From assembly GCA_048128005.1 (NCBI GenBank), contig JBEUKZ010000054.1, positions 1,116,001 to 1,180,000 of the forward strand: 64,000 bases of DNA, given 5' to 3'. Shown piece after piece: positions 27,201 through 40,297 of this stretch. The stretch is from Veleropilina oligotropha. Its lineage: Eukaryota. A program made the position numbers and the translations under genes. The notes beneath the pieces were generated by a model. That model had not been told where the DNA came from. It worked only from the letters and a program-made list of their open reading frames with translations, and did no database searches. How positions within the stretch are numbered: the stretch's first letter is position 1; each line of letters begins with the position of its first letter.

Positions 27201-27372
27201 TGAGGATGACGTGCTCTTCTCTGAGGATCACGTGCTTTTCTCTGAGGATGACGTGCTCTTCTCTGGGGGCGACGTGCTCTTCTCTAATGATGACGTGCTC
27301 TTCTCTGAAGATAACATACTCTTCTCTGAGGACGACTTAATCTTCTCTGAGGAGAAGGTGCTCTTCTCTGGG
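21208..27372. repeat. 21-bp minisatellite (gaggacgacgtgctcttctct)n, block 2, interrupted by a CR1 fragment
   Basis: Same unit, diverged, with internal higher-order duplications near 26700-27230. Confidence 0.95.
24226..24860 (+). mobile_element. 5'-truncated CR1-clade LINE (ORF2 C-terminus, 3'UTR and (tctatttaa)2 tail) inserted in the minisatellite
   Basis: YKQMVRPHLEYAVQAWCPY..RRIRGDMIQVFK..TRGH..FFSNRVVDEWNALP; short-repeat tail; interrupts gatctctc|ctctgggga. Confidence 0.93.
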
Positions 27373-29128
27373 GAGGCAACACTGGATCCATATTGATTCC
27401 AGCATGCCAGATTCACATTATACCCCGATACATCAGAGCGGAGTCTTTCGAACTATTTTATGAGACATATAAATTTGCACTCAGAAAGCAATTATTTATC
27501 ATAATGATGTCAGAGTTTGCTTGTAACTTGTCGATTTCAGATATTATGGTGTTTGATCGGAGTGTCAGGTGTAAAATAAAAATAAGTCAAACTAGATAAA
27601 ATTGTTCGTTTCAATTTAATGATATTGGTTCAATGGTTTTTACCTGACACGCCCGCAAGCGTTTAGAGTGTTTGATTTTCTGTTGTCCTTCAACCGCAAA
27701 TTAATTATCTATCACTTACTAAATTATTTTAGTTGCTAATTTTAATGCTGAAGTCCGGTTGCTAATGCTGAAGTCATTGTGTTTGAACTGCGCCTTTGCA
27801 TCGCCCTCGGTGAGCTAATTGTTTCATTGTTAAAGTGCTAGCCTACTGTATTAATATTAGACTGCACGTCTTTTGAGGAAAAATCTGGTTCGGTAGACCT
27901 ACATAGCATTTCATCTCAGTGACATAGTTCAGTCGGCAGCGGAAAGGTAGACAGCAACGTATACACATTGGCATGAAAATTGATCGCAAACAATGTCATT
28001 GTGGATATTTATATGAGTGCTACCACATCTACCAATGTTAACGCTTTAAGTTGGATTTATAACATTGTGGGTGCATTGCACGGAAATTTGAGTATCATAC
28101 ACTTCGTTTACCTGGATTATAAAAGATACCATTTATCAGCATATGAAGGAGCGAAATTTCTGTTTGCTTCTTAATTGCGTCATTGTTATCCATTTTCAAC
28201 ATATTGGATCGCTTCATTGTTATGCACTCTCAACATAACGGATTTCGTTATCGTTATCCATTGTCAACATTATTGGTTCGCTTCATTGTTATGCACTCTC
28301 AACATAACGGATCGCGTTATCGTGATCCATTATCAACATATTTCTATTGCCGGATCAGGTAGAAGAGTGCGATAAACCGTGTCGTTGTATTTATGACGAA
28401 CATATCTTGATAAACCATATATATGTAAGATGGGTAGTGGACTTAGTAGCAGGTTCGGTCTTGCATATATACATCAATGGCTGTCATAAATGAAATGTCC
28501 ACCAATACAGCAACATGACAAATAAGTTTAAAATGTCATTATCGTGCGAATTGAACCTGTGTTTCACCAATTATCTGAAGTATCAGTATGCTTTGCTCCT
28601 GCACAAATTATAGTAAAGTTTTGTATCTTGTGTCAAGTGACAGTTGTGTATTGTTCGGAATCATCGTCTGCTTAGTCGTAAGACTTCGCTATTGTTCATT
28701 ACAGCTAAAACCTGTCTTACTTTTACCATAAAGCCTCGATCATCATATAAGGGGGGTGGGGGGGTGGGGGGGGGGGGGTGGTGCGTACATTGACGGAGAA
28801 AATGGCTGCCCACCAACATGTCTACACAGGGCAGCACGTTTTTGTAGGCTGTCGTATAATGACCGTTTTGTTTCATTTGGTACATTTTGCTGTTGGAATA
28901 GAAATGACGCATAGGAAGAAGGTTTATTAGGAGGCGCAAAACAGAAGACCAAATGCACTATAATTGTTATGAATATAGTAGCCTACAATAGCGTTTACGT
29001 AAATTTATACCAAAAGCTTGATATATGGAAAATGTCATTTCATCGTTACAAGTAATAGCACAAACAATGAATTAAACTTAGGCCATTGTTCACGGATCTT
29101 TAGAACAAAGAAATTGGCCAAGCTTATG

Positions 29129-30574
29129 TGCATGGACGAGCCTAAGTTACGTATAGAGTTCATGAGATGCTATCGCTGCATGGACGAGTCTAGGTTACGT
29201 ATAGAGTTCATGAGATGCTATCGCTGCAGGGACGAGTCTAGGTTACGTATAGAGTTCATGAGATGCTATCGCTGCATGGACGAGCCTAAGTTACGTATAG
29301 AGTTCATGAGATGCTATCGCTGCATGGACGAGCCTACGTTACGTATAGAGTTCATGAGATGCTATCGCCGCATGGACGAGTCTATGTTACGTATATAGTT
29401 CATGAGATGTTATCGCTGCATGGACGAGCCTATGTTACGTATAGAGTTCATGAGCTGGTATCGCTGCATGGACGAGCCTATGTTACGTATATAGTTCATG
29501 AGATGTTATCGCTGCATGGACGAGCCTATGTTACGTATAGAGTTCATGAGATGCTATCGCTGCATGGACGAGCCTACGTTATGTATAGAGTTCATGAGAT
29601 GCTATCGCTGCATGGACGAGTCTACGTTACGTATAGAGTTCATGAGATGCTATCGCTGCATGGACGAGTCTACGTTACGTATAGAGTTCATGAGATGCTA
29701 TCGCTGCATGGACGAGCCTATGTTACGTATATAGTTCATGAGATGCTATCGCCGCATGGACGAGTCTATGTTACGTATAGAGTTCATGAGATGCTATCGC
29801 TTCATGGACGAGCCTATGTTATGTATAGAGTTCATGAGATGCTATCGCCGCATGGACGAGTCTATGTTACGTATAGAGTTCATGAGATGCTATCGCTGCA
29901 TGGACGAGTCTACGTTACGTATAGAGTTCATGAGATGCTATCGCTGCATGGACGAGTCTATGTTACGTATAGAGTTCATGAGATGCTATCGCTGCATGGA
30001 CGAGCCTATGTTACGTATAGAGTTCATGAGATGCTATCGCTGCATGGACGAGTCTATGTTACGTATAGAGTTCATGAGATGTTATCGCTGCATTGACGAG
30101 CCTATGTTACATATAGAGTTCATGAGATGCTATCGCTGCATGGACGAGTCTATGTTACTTATAGAGTTCATGAGATGCTATCGCCGCATGGACGAGTCTA
30201 CGTTACGTATAGTGTTCATGAGATGCTATCGCTGCATGGACGAGTCTACGTTACGTATAGAGTTCATGACATGCTATCGCTGCATGGACGAGTCTACCGG
30301 TACGTTACGTATAGAGTTCATGAGATGCTATCGCTTCATGGACGAGTCTATGTTACGTATAGAGTTCATGAGATGCTATCGCCGCATGGACGAGTCTATG
30401 TTACGTATAGAGTTCATGAGATGATATCGCTGCATGGACGAATCTATGTTACTTATAGAGTTCATGAGATGCTATCGCTGCATGGACGAGCCTATGTTAC
30501 GTATAGAGTTCATGAGATGCTATCGCTGCATGGACGAGTCTATGTTACGTATAGAGTTCATGAGATGTTATCGC
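29129..30574. repeat. 48-bp minisatellite, about 30 copies
   Basis: tgcatggacgagyctaygttacgtatagagttcatgagatgctatcgc repeated. Confidence 0.96.
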
Positions 30575-31125
30575 CTATTTCATGTACTTTTAAGAGATTA
30601 CATTTTGAAATTTGCCACAAATTTTAAATGTGGGATTTAATCGTGCAGGGTATAACAGCGCAATATATACCGCTGCCTAGATTATTCCTGGGGTTAAAAT
30701 GGACTAAATTTTGTTTTACAGCCAGGTCTATTCTGGGCTAGTCCAGTTTATACCTCGGAAATGTAAAACAATGTCTATAACACCAGTTTTGATTATATTA
30801 TGACATGTCTATATTATATATCGTGAAAGGGAACACGTGAATAATCTGATGAAATCACATGTCTCCACCTTAATCGATATCTGGAAAACGTTTTTTGTCG
30901 CACCCGGGATGGTCGCATATCGTGCTGAAATGGTGAAAACAGGCCGGTAGATCGGGTGCGACTATTCTACAGCTGTCACGCGGCGGCTGCTTCTGTTGAA
31001 CCATGATACACATGCAACTATCTCATTGATTTACTGTCAAGACGACTAGAAAGAAAAGATATCTTTCCTCTTCACGAGAAAAGATTATTGTTCATCGAAT
31101 AGCAAGCCTTCTTTGATCTACTTGA

Positions 31126-32337
31126 CTACTTTGAGCAATGACACAGCGCACGCAAATGTGTGTTAAATTTCTGCGACAAAACGATAAGAGGAATGATCTG
31201 TACCGCTGCGAAGGCGATCCGCGTCACCTCAATGACCTCGTAGATGAGCAGGTAGAGATAATGCTCCTTCCCGTAAAACCGGTACGTGCTGTGAAACTTG
31301 GCCGTCACGCTGGACACGGCAGACGTGATCTGCATGCACGAGAACATGACCGTGATGGACAGCAGGACCTTGGTCACCGTCCAGTCCTCGGTGGACAGGC
31401 TGCTTTCCGTGTACGCCTGCATTGTGCGCCTCTCCAGGCGAGCCATGTGCAGCCGCACGATGATAGAGATGTTCAAGAACACCAGAGCCACGACTGGAAT
31501 GAACTGCATGATGATGGGCATCACCGTGAAGTACACGGTGTAAAAACTGGATGCCTTGGCGAAGCGGGACTGTCCTATTATATACATGGTGGCGTTGGTT
31601 TGGAAATCCGTAACCTTTCGAATCTCGTATCTGAATAAGCTCGGGGTGTATATCAAGTGGGTTAAAACGCATAGGAGAAACACGATCAGTTTGGGCCAGC
31701 GGGACAGGAACATCAACCTGACCTTGAACGGAAGTACCACCGCAAAAAACTGCTCCATCGCCATTATTATCAGCAAAAGATCGGACCAAGTAGACAAGCC
31801 ACTTTTGAGGAACTGTATCAAGGGTGCGAAGAATACTGCTTCGACGTACAGAGACAGTTCTGTTAGACCAAGCTGCCGTATGTAGTAAGGTACGTCAGCG
31901 ACGGTTGTGGATACGATAAATAAGATATGCGTCACTGCAAATGCTCCCAAGTAGATATCCGCTGAATGTTTGCTCTTAAATTTAGAAATCGTCGCAATGG
32001 TTATTACATTTCCAATGATCGCCAGAGTAGACAGAAACGGTTTCACAATAGGGAGGGTGGATATATTAGCCTGTTCGTATTGTGATTTGGACACGGAACC
32101 AGTGTAGATGACTAAAAAACCCGAACCTGGTTGCGATTGCGAAATGAAGGGTCCTGTAGAATTTTCCTTGGTGTTCGCAAATGACGTTTCTGCTGTCGGT
32201 GTTCTTGCGTCATCCGGTATTGCCGCAGTTGGTGAATTCGCCGAGAGTGACGAATTAGCGACATCAGCATCGGTTGCTGATGTGGAGATTTTAGAAAGTA
32301 GAAGAATTACGAGAGCGAAACAATATATCCTGTCCAT
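31126..32337 (-). CDS. Intronless class A (rhodopsin-like) GPCR, FMRFamide-receptor-like/Srw-type, 403 aa
   Basis: Signal-peptide-like N-terminus; S/T-rich ectodomain with NxS/T sites; seven hydrophobic segments; TM1 IIGNVITI, TM2 IYLGAFAVTH, TM3 end MAMEQFFAVVLP, TM5 FIPVVALVFLN, TM6 TKVLLSI, helix-8 SQKF. Confidence 0.9.
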   Translation of the reverse strand: MDRIYCFALVILLLSKISTSATDADVANSSLSANSPTAAIPDDARTPTAETSFANTKENSTGPFISQSQPGSGFLVIYTGSVSKSQYEQANISTLPIVKPFLSTLAIIGNVITIATISKFKSKHSADIYLGAFAVTHILFIVSTTVADVPYYIRQLGLTELSLYVEAVFFAPLIQFLKSGLSTWSDLLLIIMAMEQFFAVVLPFKVRLMFLSRWPKLIVFLLCVLTHLIYTPSLFRYEIRKVTDFQTNATMYIIGQSRFAKASSFYTVYFTVMPIIMQFIPVVALVFLNISIIVRLHMARLERRTMQAYTESSLSTEDWTVTKVLLSITVMFSCMQITSAVSSVTAKFHSTYRFYGKEHYLYLLIYEVIEVTRIAFAAVQIIPLIVLSQKFNTHLRALCHCSK

Positions 32338-33553
32338 AACGCGCGTTGATAAGCCTAAAACAAGTAAGGATTATACGTATAATATCTGATTGCAACGGTG
32401 CAATACTGTTAATTTAAAATGTATGATAAATACAGTTTAAAGTCCAAATGCGAACGTGCAATACTTCTATGTAATGAATAAAGGTACTTTAAATTCGCCA
32501 GCTGTAAATAAGAATGAAGAAACAAAAAGCCTACGTGAAAACGTCCAAATATTTTGTACTACATGAACGAATTTGTAATAAGGCTACTCAAAATAGTACT
32601 TTCATCCCTAAAAATGTATTTTCTTACCCGAAGCTCCTTCTTTGCTGTACATGTATGTGCAGTCTAAAGTCGTAAATAACCGTTATTTAATATTTGCCTC
32701 GCACTAAGACCACTTAGTAATATTTTCCAATCGTCCAATGAAAAGTAGATCGTCTGTTCATTGAATTTTAGTTTCCCTACTTTTAGGGATCTTTTACTAA
32801 TAGCATTTTTTGTCCCTTTGAAATGAAAATATATCCGCTTATTACTCAAGTGAAATGTTGTTTTTCGCAAAAATGCAATTAGTAGTTTGATAAAGGACTT
32901 CATCGTGATTGCATATAATTGGTGCCTTCCGAGTGGAAGTCTACTGTATTTACAAGAACAACTGCTGCTAACGCTGGGTGCCAAAGGAACGACGGAGCTG
33001 TAAGAAACTCGAGATTACAAAGAGGCGTGTGATGACAAGAACGGGCTGGTTAATGACGGATAATAGTCCTCATTCACTCTCCAGCGGAAGTAAAGTATAT
33101 TTGATCGTAAAACAAAAGTGGGTCCTCAATTCTAACAAGAGACACCATATTATCTTTGTGCATTTATAAATAATAACTAATCGATAAAAAGGTACTAGCA
33201 TTCTGGATCAGTTTCCGGGCGCAATATGAGGCGGTAAGAACCAAAGTAAACTATGTTTGAAATTGTGTTATCGATTTATAGTTTATCAGTATATTCCGTA
33301 TAGCTTTACGTTTACCTTAAAAGCAGACCTATATGTATTATAAACAAAACAGTCGCCTCCATCGAGAGCCTCGTGAAAAATCTAAACGCCTACCTTGAAC
33401 ACACCTCACTCATTTTACGAAGATATACGTACGTTGTCAATTTTCGTATTGGTCTTCTATAATTTAATTTATCAATAATTATATGTAAACTGCATCGTGT
33501 ATTAAGATCTTTATATTACTACTTCATTCATGTCGTCTCGGGCGTATGTTGTC

Positions 33554-33812
33554 GGCCGCTTCGGCAGCGCAGTGGGTAGAGTGTCCACTCTAACTTCACT
33601 GGCTTGATTCCGCTAATGCGAACAGTAGTGGGTTCAATACCTGACTGAGGCATTGAAATTTGTTCAAGTTATGAATCACAGTTGTCCGTGACTGGCCGAA
33701 GAGGGTGGGTTTACCCGGCGACCGGGGTTTCCTCCCGCGATAACACGGACATGTCCTGCCTTGAACCTCGATGTTGTAAATATACAGGACATTAAGAATC
33801 ATTCCTCCCTCC
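33554..33812 (+). mobile_element. tRNA-derived SINE, full length (~260 bp)
   Basis: Head ggccgcttcggcagcgcagtggg (A-box-like), gggttcaatacc (B-box), central ggggtttcctcccg; several dispersed copies in the window. Confidence 0.85.
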
Positions 33813-34177
33813 CGCGTCTGTGGTCATTTTTGTTGACCTATTTCAATAAATAAGGGTGTTAATCTTTTTTCTGAAATCATGTCTGAAAAAATGAACGCCT
33901 TCCTTGAATATATGCCTGCCTCGAATAGTCGCTCCTATGAGAGCATCGTGAAAAAATAAACGCCTTATGTCTGCCTCGAATAGTCGCTCCCATGAGAGCA
34001 TGGTGAAAAAATAAACGCCAGGGCGTTTATTGGTTGCATCAGTATACTCATTGCGCGAATTATAATAACAAATGTTGTTGGCAAACAGCGAACCACTCAT
34101 TTGTAGACTAATTGTAAGCAAATGTTTTATGCGTTACACTGTTTAGAATATTGGCCACGCAAAGCATTTTCTTAGCT

Positions 34178-34754
34178 GAACATGTTGGCATTGTGAATGA
34201 TACATGTTGCTCAGTAGAACATATTGACATTGTAAATGATATATGTTGCTCAGTAGAACATATTGACATTGCGAATGATACATGTTGCTCAGTAGAACAC
34301 ATTGACATTGTGAATGATACATGTTGCTCAGTAGAACATATTGACATTGTGAATGATACATGTTGCTCAGTAGAACATATTGACATTGTGAATGATATAT
34401 TTTGCTCAGTAGAACATATTGACATTGTGAATGATACATGTTGCTCAGTAGAACATATTGACATTGTGAATGATACATGTTGCTCAGTAGAACATATTGA
34501 CATTGTGAATGATATATGTTGCTCAGTAGAACATATTGACACTGCGAATGATACATGTTGCTCAGTAGAACATATTGACATTGCGAATGATACATGTTGC
34601 TCAGTAGAACATATTGACATTGTGAATGATACATGTTGCTCAGTAGAACATATTGGCATGGTGAATAATACATGTTGCTCAGTACAACATATTGACATTG
34701 TGAATGATACATGTTGCTCAGTAGAACATATTGACATTGCGAATGATACATGTT
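34178..34754. repeat. 39-bp minisatellite, about 14 copies
   Basis: tgtgaatgatacatgttgctcagtagaacatattgacat repeated. Confidence 0.95.
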
Positions 34755-35085
34755 AATACAAATAAGCACCTTCTGTTAGAGCCTTCACATGTTTCTGCCG
34801 AGTGTGATAGAAGACATAACCTTCTGCATAGCCTGGTCAACGGGCGGAGCCTTCATCCAAGTCAAGTTCTCAAGTAACGCGACGGGTGATAAAGGGAAGA
34901 CCGAGGGTTTTATGTCCCCCCTGGACAACGCCAAGATGGCGCCTTATAAAACTCTCCTGGGGATGCAACCACCGGGACTGTTTTGTCCATATTCTGATTG
35001 GGACTTCGGTGAAGATGGTCCGCTATCCTCCTTCGTCGAAGAGGTCGGATACCGATACCCAGCAGTGAGTGCCAGTCTCATCACC

Positions 35086-35569
35086 GATGGACACAACTGT
35101 ATGGTCAGCCATAACACTGGGCCGGGATCGAACTGCCGCGGATCCGTCGTCAGAGATGGACACAACTGCATGGCCAGACATAACACTTGGCCGGGATCGA
35201 ACTGCCGCGGATCTGTCATCAGAGATGGACACAACTACATGGTCAGCCATAGCACTGGGCCGGGATCGAACTGCCGCGGATCCGTCGTCAGAGATGGACA
35301 CAACTGCATGGTCAGACATAACACTGAGACGGGATCTAACTGCCGCGGATCCGTCGTCAGAGATTGACACAACTGCATGATCAGACATAGCGCTGGGCCG
35401 GGATCGAATTGCCGCGGATCCGTCGTCGGAGATGGACACAACTGCATGGCCAGACATAACACTGAGCCGGGATCGAACTGCCGCGGATCCGTCGTCAGAG
35501 ATGGACACAACTGCATGGCCAAACATAACACTGGGTCGGGATCGAACTGCCGCGGATCCGGCATCAGAG
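35086..35569. repeat. 69-bp GC-rich tandem repeat, 7 copies
   Basis: gatggacacaactgcatgg..gggatcgaactgccgcggatccgtcgtcaga repeated. Confidence 0.93.
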
Positions 35570-36401
35570 TCTGATACTGCTTCGTTAGCTTTCTAATAAC
35601 CCCGCTTGTGAGGGGGCACATGAAAAACTTCTGGACCCTTGTTTTTCCACTGTAGGAATTATCTATAGGAAGTACATGCGGACCAACGTGTCCGGACATC
35701 ATCATACATTTATCCACTGATGAATTTAACCAGAAGTTTAAAGATCTTTAATAAAGAGGAAGACAAAGAAATAAATGTGGCTCATTGTCACCTTTAACAG
35801 CGTTGATTTTGTCAACGAGACCGAACAAATTAACTTTCTTAGTCTTACGGTTTTAACAAGTTTAAGGTAGTTGCGCTGTTTTTGCAGGAGGGCTACTTTA
35901 TATCAGAATTTGATACTTTTAACCTGATGAGACTGACAGATGAACAGGTGTTTATGTCCAGTGGTTGTCGGCATGATACATTGGGCGTGATTCCGTTGTC
36001 ACCCCAGTTTCTACAGTTCACTGCCATTCTGGCATCATCAGCTCACCCAGATGGTCGCTGGATGAAAGTGCAGTATTCCGAGGAAATTTTCACCTTCCAT
36101 TGTGTTTATACACCTACACGCCGTTCTGCAAGAGCACATTGTTTAATTCACTTAAATCTAATATGTCCCCATCCGACGACAATATCATTTTCGGAGGATA
36201 TTTTAATTGCATTTATAATCAATATGATGGACGGAGTGATGCTCCTCTCATCGATGCTCCCGCCCTTCCACTTCAGGCAGTGCGTGGAGAGTATCATCTC
36301 CTAGATTTGTTCCGCATGTTACACCCAGGCAAGGAGAGCTACACTTGGACCTCTCCTACTGAGGATATTATGGAAGCGTGGAACCGCCAGAGAAAAAAAT
36401 A

Positions 36402-36800
36402 GTTATCTCATACGTATGAGATACTAACTCATAAATATGAGATACTATCTCATACGTATGAGATACTATCTCATAAATATGAGATACTATCTCATACGTA
36501 TGAGATACTATCTCATACGTATGAGATACTATCTCATAAATATGAGATACTATCTCATAAATATGAGATACTATCTCATAAATATGAGATACTATGTCAT
36601 ACGTATGAGATACTATCTCATAAATATGAGATACTATCTCATAAAAATGAGATACTATCTCATACGTATGAGATACTATCTCATAAATATGAAATACTAT
36701 CTCATACGTATGAGATACTATCTCATAAAAATGAGATACTATCTCATAAATATGAGATACTATCTCGTAAATATGAGATACTAACTCATTCGTATGAGAT
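36402..36800. repeat. Left subterminal array of the palindromic 21-bp unit tatgagatactatctcata(aa/cg)
   Basis: 21-bp period; each unit is a 19-bp imperfect palindrome. Confidence 0.95.
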
Positions 36801-37882
36801 AATAATTTTTGTTTATTTTGTATCATAACCATAAATTAAATCTTAAATAGCACGACCAATTAACTCAGTGTGCTTGTGATGTGCACTGCATGCACTATAT
36901 ATGGGCATAATTGAAGAATTCTTAAATTCTTTTCTACCTTCTGGACACAACTATTAAAATACGTACAGAGCAATGACATGTTTTCACGACTTCACAAATA
37001 CCTCTGCTCTGTGTGTGCGCGCGAGCGCGCATTTGCGTGTGTGTTCATGTGTGCTAAGATCTTTGCCAAAGGCCTCACCGCTGGTGTGTTATGACGTCGT
37101 TTCAAAATCACTGGTATTCATCGAAATATCTTCGCAGGGATCGAATCCTCAATTCGAAACTTTGTAGAGTTGACAATCGCAGCGGTCGATAGATGATCGG
37201 TGGCGTTCCCGGGTGACCGGACCTTGTTCCCTCCATAATATGAAGAATTCTTACTATGGCACTCAAGGATATTAAATGAAATATTATTCATCGATGCCAA
37301 TGAAACCAACCTTCTCAAGTAAATATCCGATATCTGAACAAATGAGCCTATGTATACGCATCCAGAGACCTGTATGAAAAAGCGCATACAAATCATATTC
37401 AACGAGTTTGAGCCTGTGGCTACATGAAATGTTTGACGACCAATTAAAGGGCATGTAGGAGCCATAAGTGTCGCACGGCCATAATAAATGACGCATTACG
37501 ACAATTATGGTCAATTTAACCAAATTGTGAACGTAAATGTCACAACAAAAATGTTGAAATAATGTCCAATAATGTCTCACAATATTATTGGCCACGGACA
37601 TCGATAATTTTTTAATAACCCCTGACACTTTAGCACGTTCTGGGGGCAATAATAATTTTGAAAGTCTTGATTCATCTGAACAAGATCAGTATGAGGACAA
37701 GATCTAAAAGTGCAGCCAGGACCGCTATTGAATAGATCAGACGGCCTTTGCCTACGTATACCGATCGTTCGTGGAGTAAACAGTCGCAGTGGCGCATAAT
37801 GGACAAACAAATATGTCTTATCAGATAGAATCATTAAACCATGTCGCTCGGGTAGATACATTAAACCTGGGTCGCAAAATAA

Positions 37883-38144
37883 GGGAGGCGGGAATGATGC
37901 TTAATGTCCTGTATATTTACAACATCAAGGTTCAAGGCAGGGCATGTCCGTGTTATCGCGGGAGGAAACCCCGGTCGCCCGGGTAAACCCGCCCTCTTCG
38001 GCCAGTCACGGACAACTGTGATGCATAACTTGAACAAATTCAATGCCCCAGCCAGGTATTGAACCCACTACTGTTCGCATTAGCGGAATCAAGCCAGTGA
38101 ATTTAGAGTGGACACTCTACCCACTGCGCTGCCGAAGCGGCCCC
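37883..38144 (-). mobile_element. tRNA-derived SINE in the left arm of the palindrome
   Basis: Reverse complement of the 33554 copy. Confidence 0.85.
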
Positions 38145-38744
38145 TGTAAAATAAAACAGAACCAAGATAGGATAGAGACGATAAAGCAGGGTATCTATTT
38201 CACTGTGTTATCATACCACAACATCAGGGCGCAGTAACGAAAATCGTTCGATCGAATAGAAATGATATAGGTCATTACTGAGATATCACCAGGAAATTCT
38301 TTAATTGGTAATAATAAAAGTAATAATTAAATTGCCAAACATGCCCATATGACTCATTTTAACGTAATAGTGAAGCAAATGGATTATTGCCGTTGCGACA
38401 TCAAAATATCGACGTACGAGGTCATAAATGTCGCAATATTAATTTTAGGGCATTTATTTTCGAAATATGGTGAAATCGACCACAAATGTCGCAATTGCGA
38501 CATAATTATGCCTCATAGAACGGTATACCTCACATTTGCAAATAATTCGTTGACACAAAATGTGAGGTTAATTATATTTCTTTATTAAAAAAATACTTCG
38601 TGAATCTACCCTGACTCAATTCTCCTTTGTCGCCGAATGACGTTGTTCTTGTCACCAACTCCTTAGCCGCGGTAGGCAGTGTGGCCCTTTTAATATACGA
38701 TATCATTACTGATCATGTCAATGAACCGATGAACCTACGAGTTG

Positions 38745-39187
38745 CTATCTCATACGTATGAGTTAGTATCTCATACGTATGAGTTAGTATCTCATACGTA
38801 TGAGTTAGTATCTCATACGTATGAGTTAGTATCTCATACGTATGAGATACTATCTCATAAATATGAGATACTATCTCATAAATATGAGATACTATCTCAT
38901 AAATATGAGATACTATCTCATACGTATGAGATAGTATCTCATATTTATGAGATAGTATCTCATATTTATGAGATAATATCTCATACGCATGAGATAGTAA
39001 CTCATATTTATGAGATAGTATCTCATATTTATGAGATAGTATCTCATACGTATGAGATAGTATCTCATATTTATGAGATAGTATCTCATACGTATGAGAT
39101 AGTATCTCATATTTATGAGATAGTATCTCATATTTATGAGATAGTATCTCATATTTATGAGATAGTATCTCATACGTATGAGATAGC
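38745..39187. repeat. Central array of the same 21-bp unit; orientation flips at 38923/38924
   Basis: gagatactatctca-tacgta-tgagatagtatctc at the axis. Confidence 0.95.
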
Positions 39188-39616
39188 AACTCGTAGGTTC
39201 ATCGGTTCATTGACATGATCAGTAATGATATCGTATATTAAAAGGACCACATTGCCTACCGCGGCTAAGGAGTTTGTGACAAAAACAACGTCATTCGGCG
39301 ACAAAGGAGAATTGAGTCAGGGTAGATTCACGAAGTATTTTGTTAATAAAGAAATATGATTAACCTCACAGTTTGTGTCAACGAATTATTTGCAAATGTG
39401 AGGTATACCGTCCTATGAGCCATAATTATGTCGCAATTGCGACATTTGTGGTCGATTTCACCATATTTCGAAAATAAATGCCCTAAAATTAATATTGCGA
39501 CATTTATGACCTCGTACGTCGATATTTTGATGTCGCAACGACAATAATCCATTTGCTTCACTATTACGTTAAAATTAGTCATATGGGCATGTTTGGCAAT
39601 TTAATTATTACTTTTA

Positions 39617-39826
39617 CTAGCTATTGGTACCCGTCTTCGCCGGGCAAGTCCCCCCACCCCAATTTTTTTTTTTTTTTTTTTTGGATAGTGCTCCCTTAAA
39701 TATTTTTTTTTTTCCCGAATTTTCCGAATTTTTTTCGTGGTAAACCTTCCTTGGGGGACCCCGATTAACCCCCCAAAGTTTGAAGGTCCTAGGTCAAAGC
39801 GTCTGGGAGGAGTTCAACTTGAAACA

Positions 39827-39862
<36 letters not shown>

Positions 39863-39885
39863 ATTATAGCTCCATTATATTAAGA
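39617..39885 (-). mobile_element. Non-autonomous Helitron (269 bp), present only in the right arm
   Basis: Minus strand reads 5'-TCttaat..(gt)n..gcccggcgaagacgggt hairpin..CTAG-3'; inserted between A and T with no TSD; the empty site is visible in the left arm (~38312). Confidence 0.88.
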
Positions 39886-40035
39886 TTACTACCAATTAAA
39901 GAATTTCCTGGTGACATCTCAGTAATGACCTATATCATTTCTATTCGATCGAACGATTTTCGTTACTGCCCCTGATGTTCGGGTATGATAACACAGTGAA
40001 ATAGATACCCTGCTTTATCGTCTCTATCCGATCCA

Positions 40036-40297
40036 GGGGCCGCTTCGGCAGCGCAGTGGGTAGAGTGTCCACTCTAAATTCACTGGCTTGATTCCGCTAA
40101 TGCGAACAGTAGTGGGTTCAATACCTGGCTGGGGCATTGAATTTGTTCAAGTTGTGCATCACAGTTGTCCGTGACTGGCCGAAGAGGGCGGGTTTACCCG
40201 GGCGACCGGGGTTTCCTCCCGCGATAACACGGACATGCCCTGCCTTGAACCTTGATGTTGTAAATATACAGGACATTAATATCATTCCCCCCTCCCT
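40036..40297 (+). mobile_element. tRNA-derived SINE in the right arm (mirror of 37883-38144)
   Basis: Same sequence and mirrored flanks. Confidence 0.85.

Noticed and set aside
18598..27416. Long ORFs (up to 531 aa) of SEDDVLF / TCSSLRT / EEHVVLR repeats
   Set aside because: Open in several frames on both strands because the unit is 21 bp; frequent frameshifts and a CR1 insertion; no splice or start context
29018..30640. Repeat ORFs (CMDEPxLRIEFMRCYR)
   Set aside because: Translation of a 48-bp minisatellite; same for the ORFs over the 39-, 69-, 36-, 25- and 42-bp arrays and the (TA)n tracts
33554..33650. tRNA gene
   Set aside because: A and B boxes are present but there is no convincing cloverleaf, and it continues into a shared SINE body
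34789..35085. Possible Tx1 ORF1 or host exon upstream of the 69-bp repeat
   Set aside because: No recognisable motif (no zinc knuckle or RRM) and no clear splice sites
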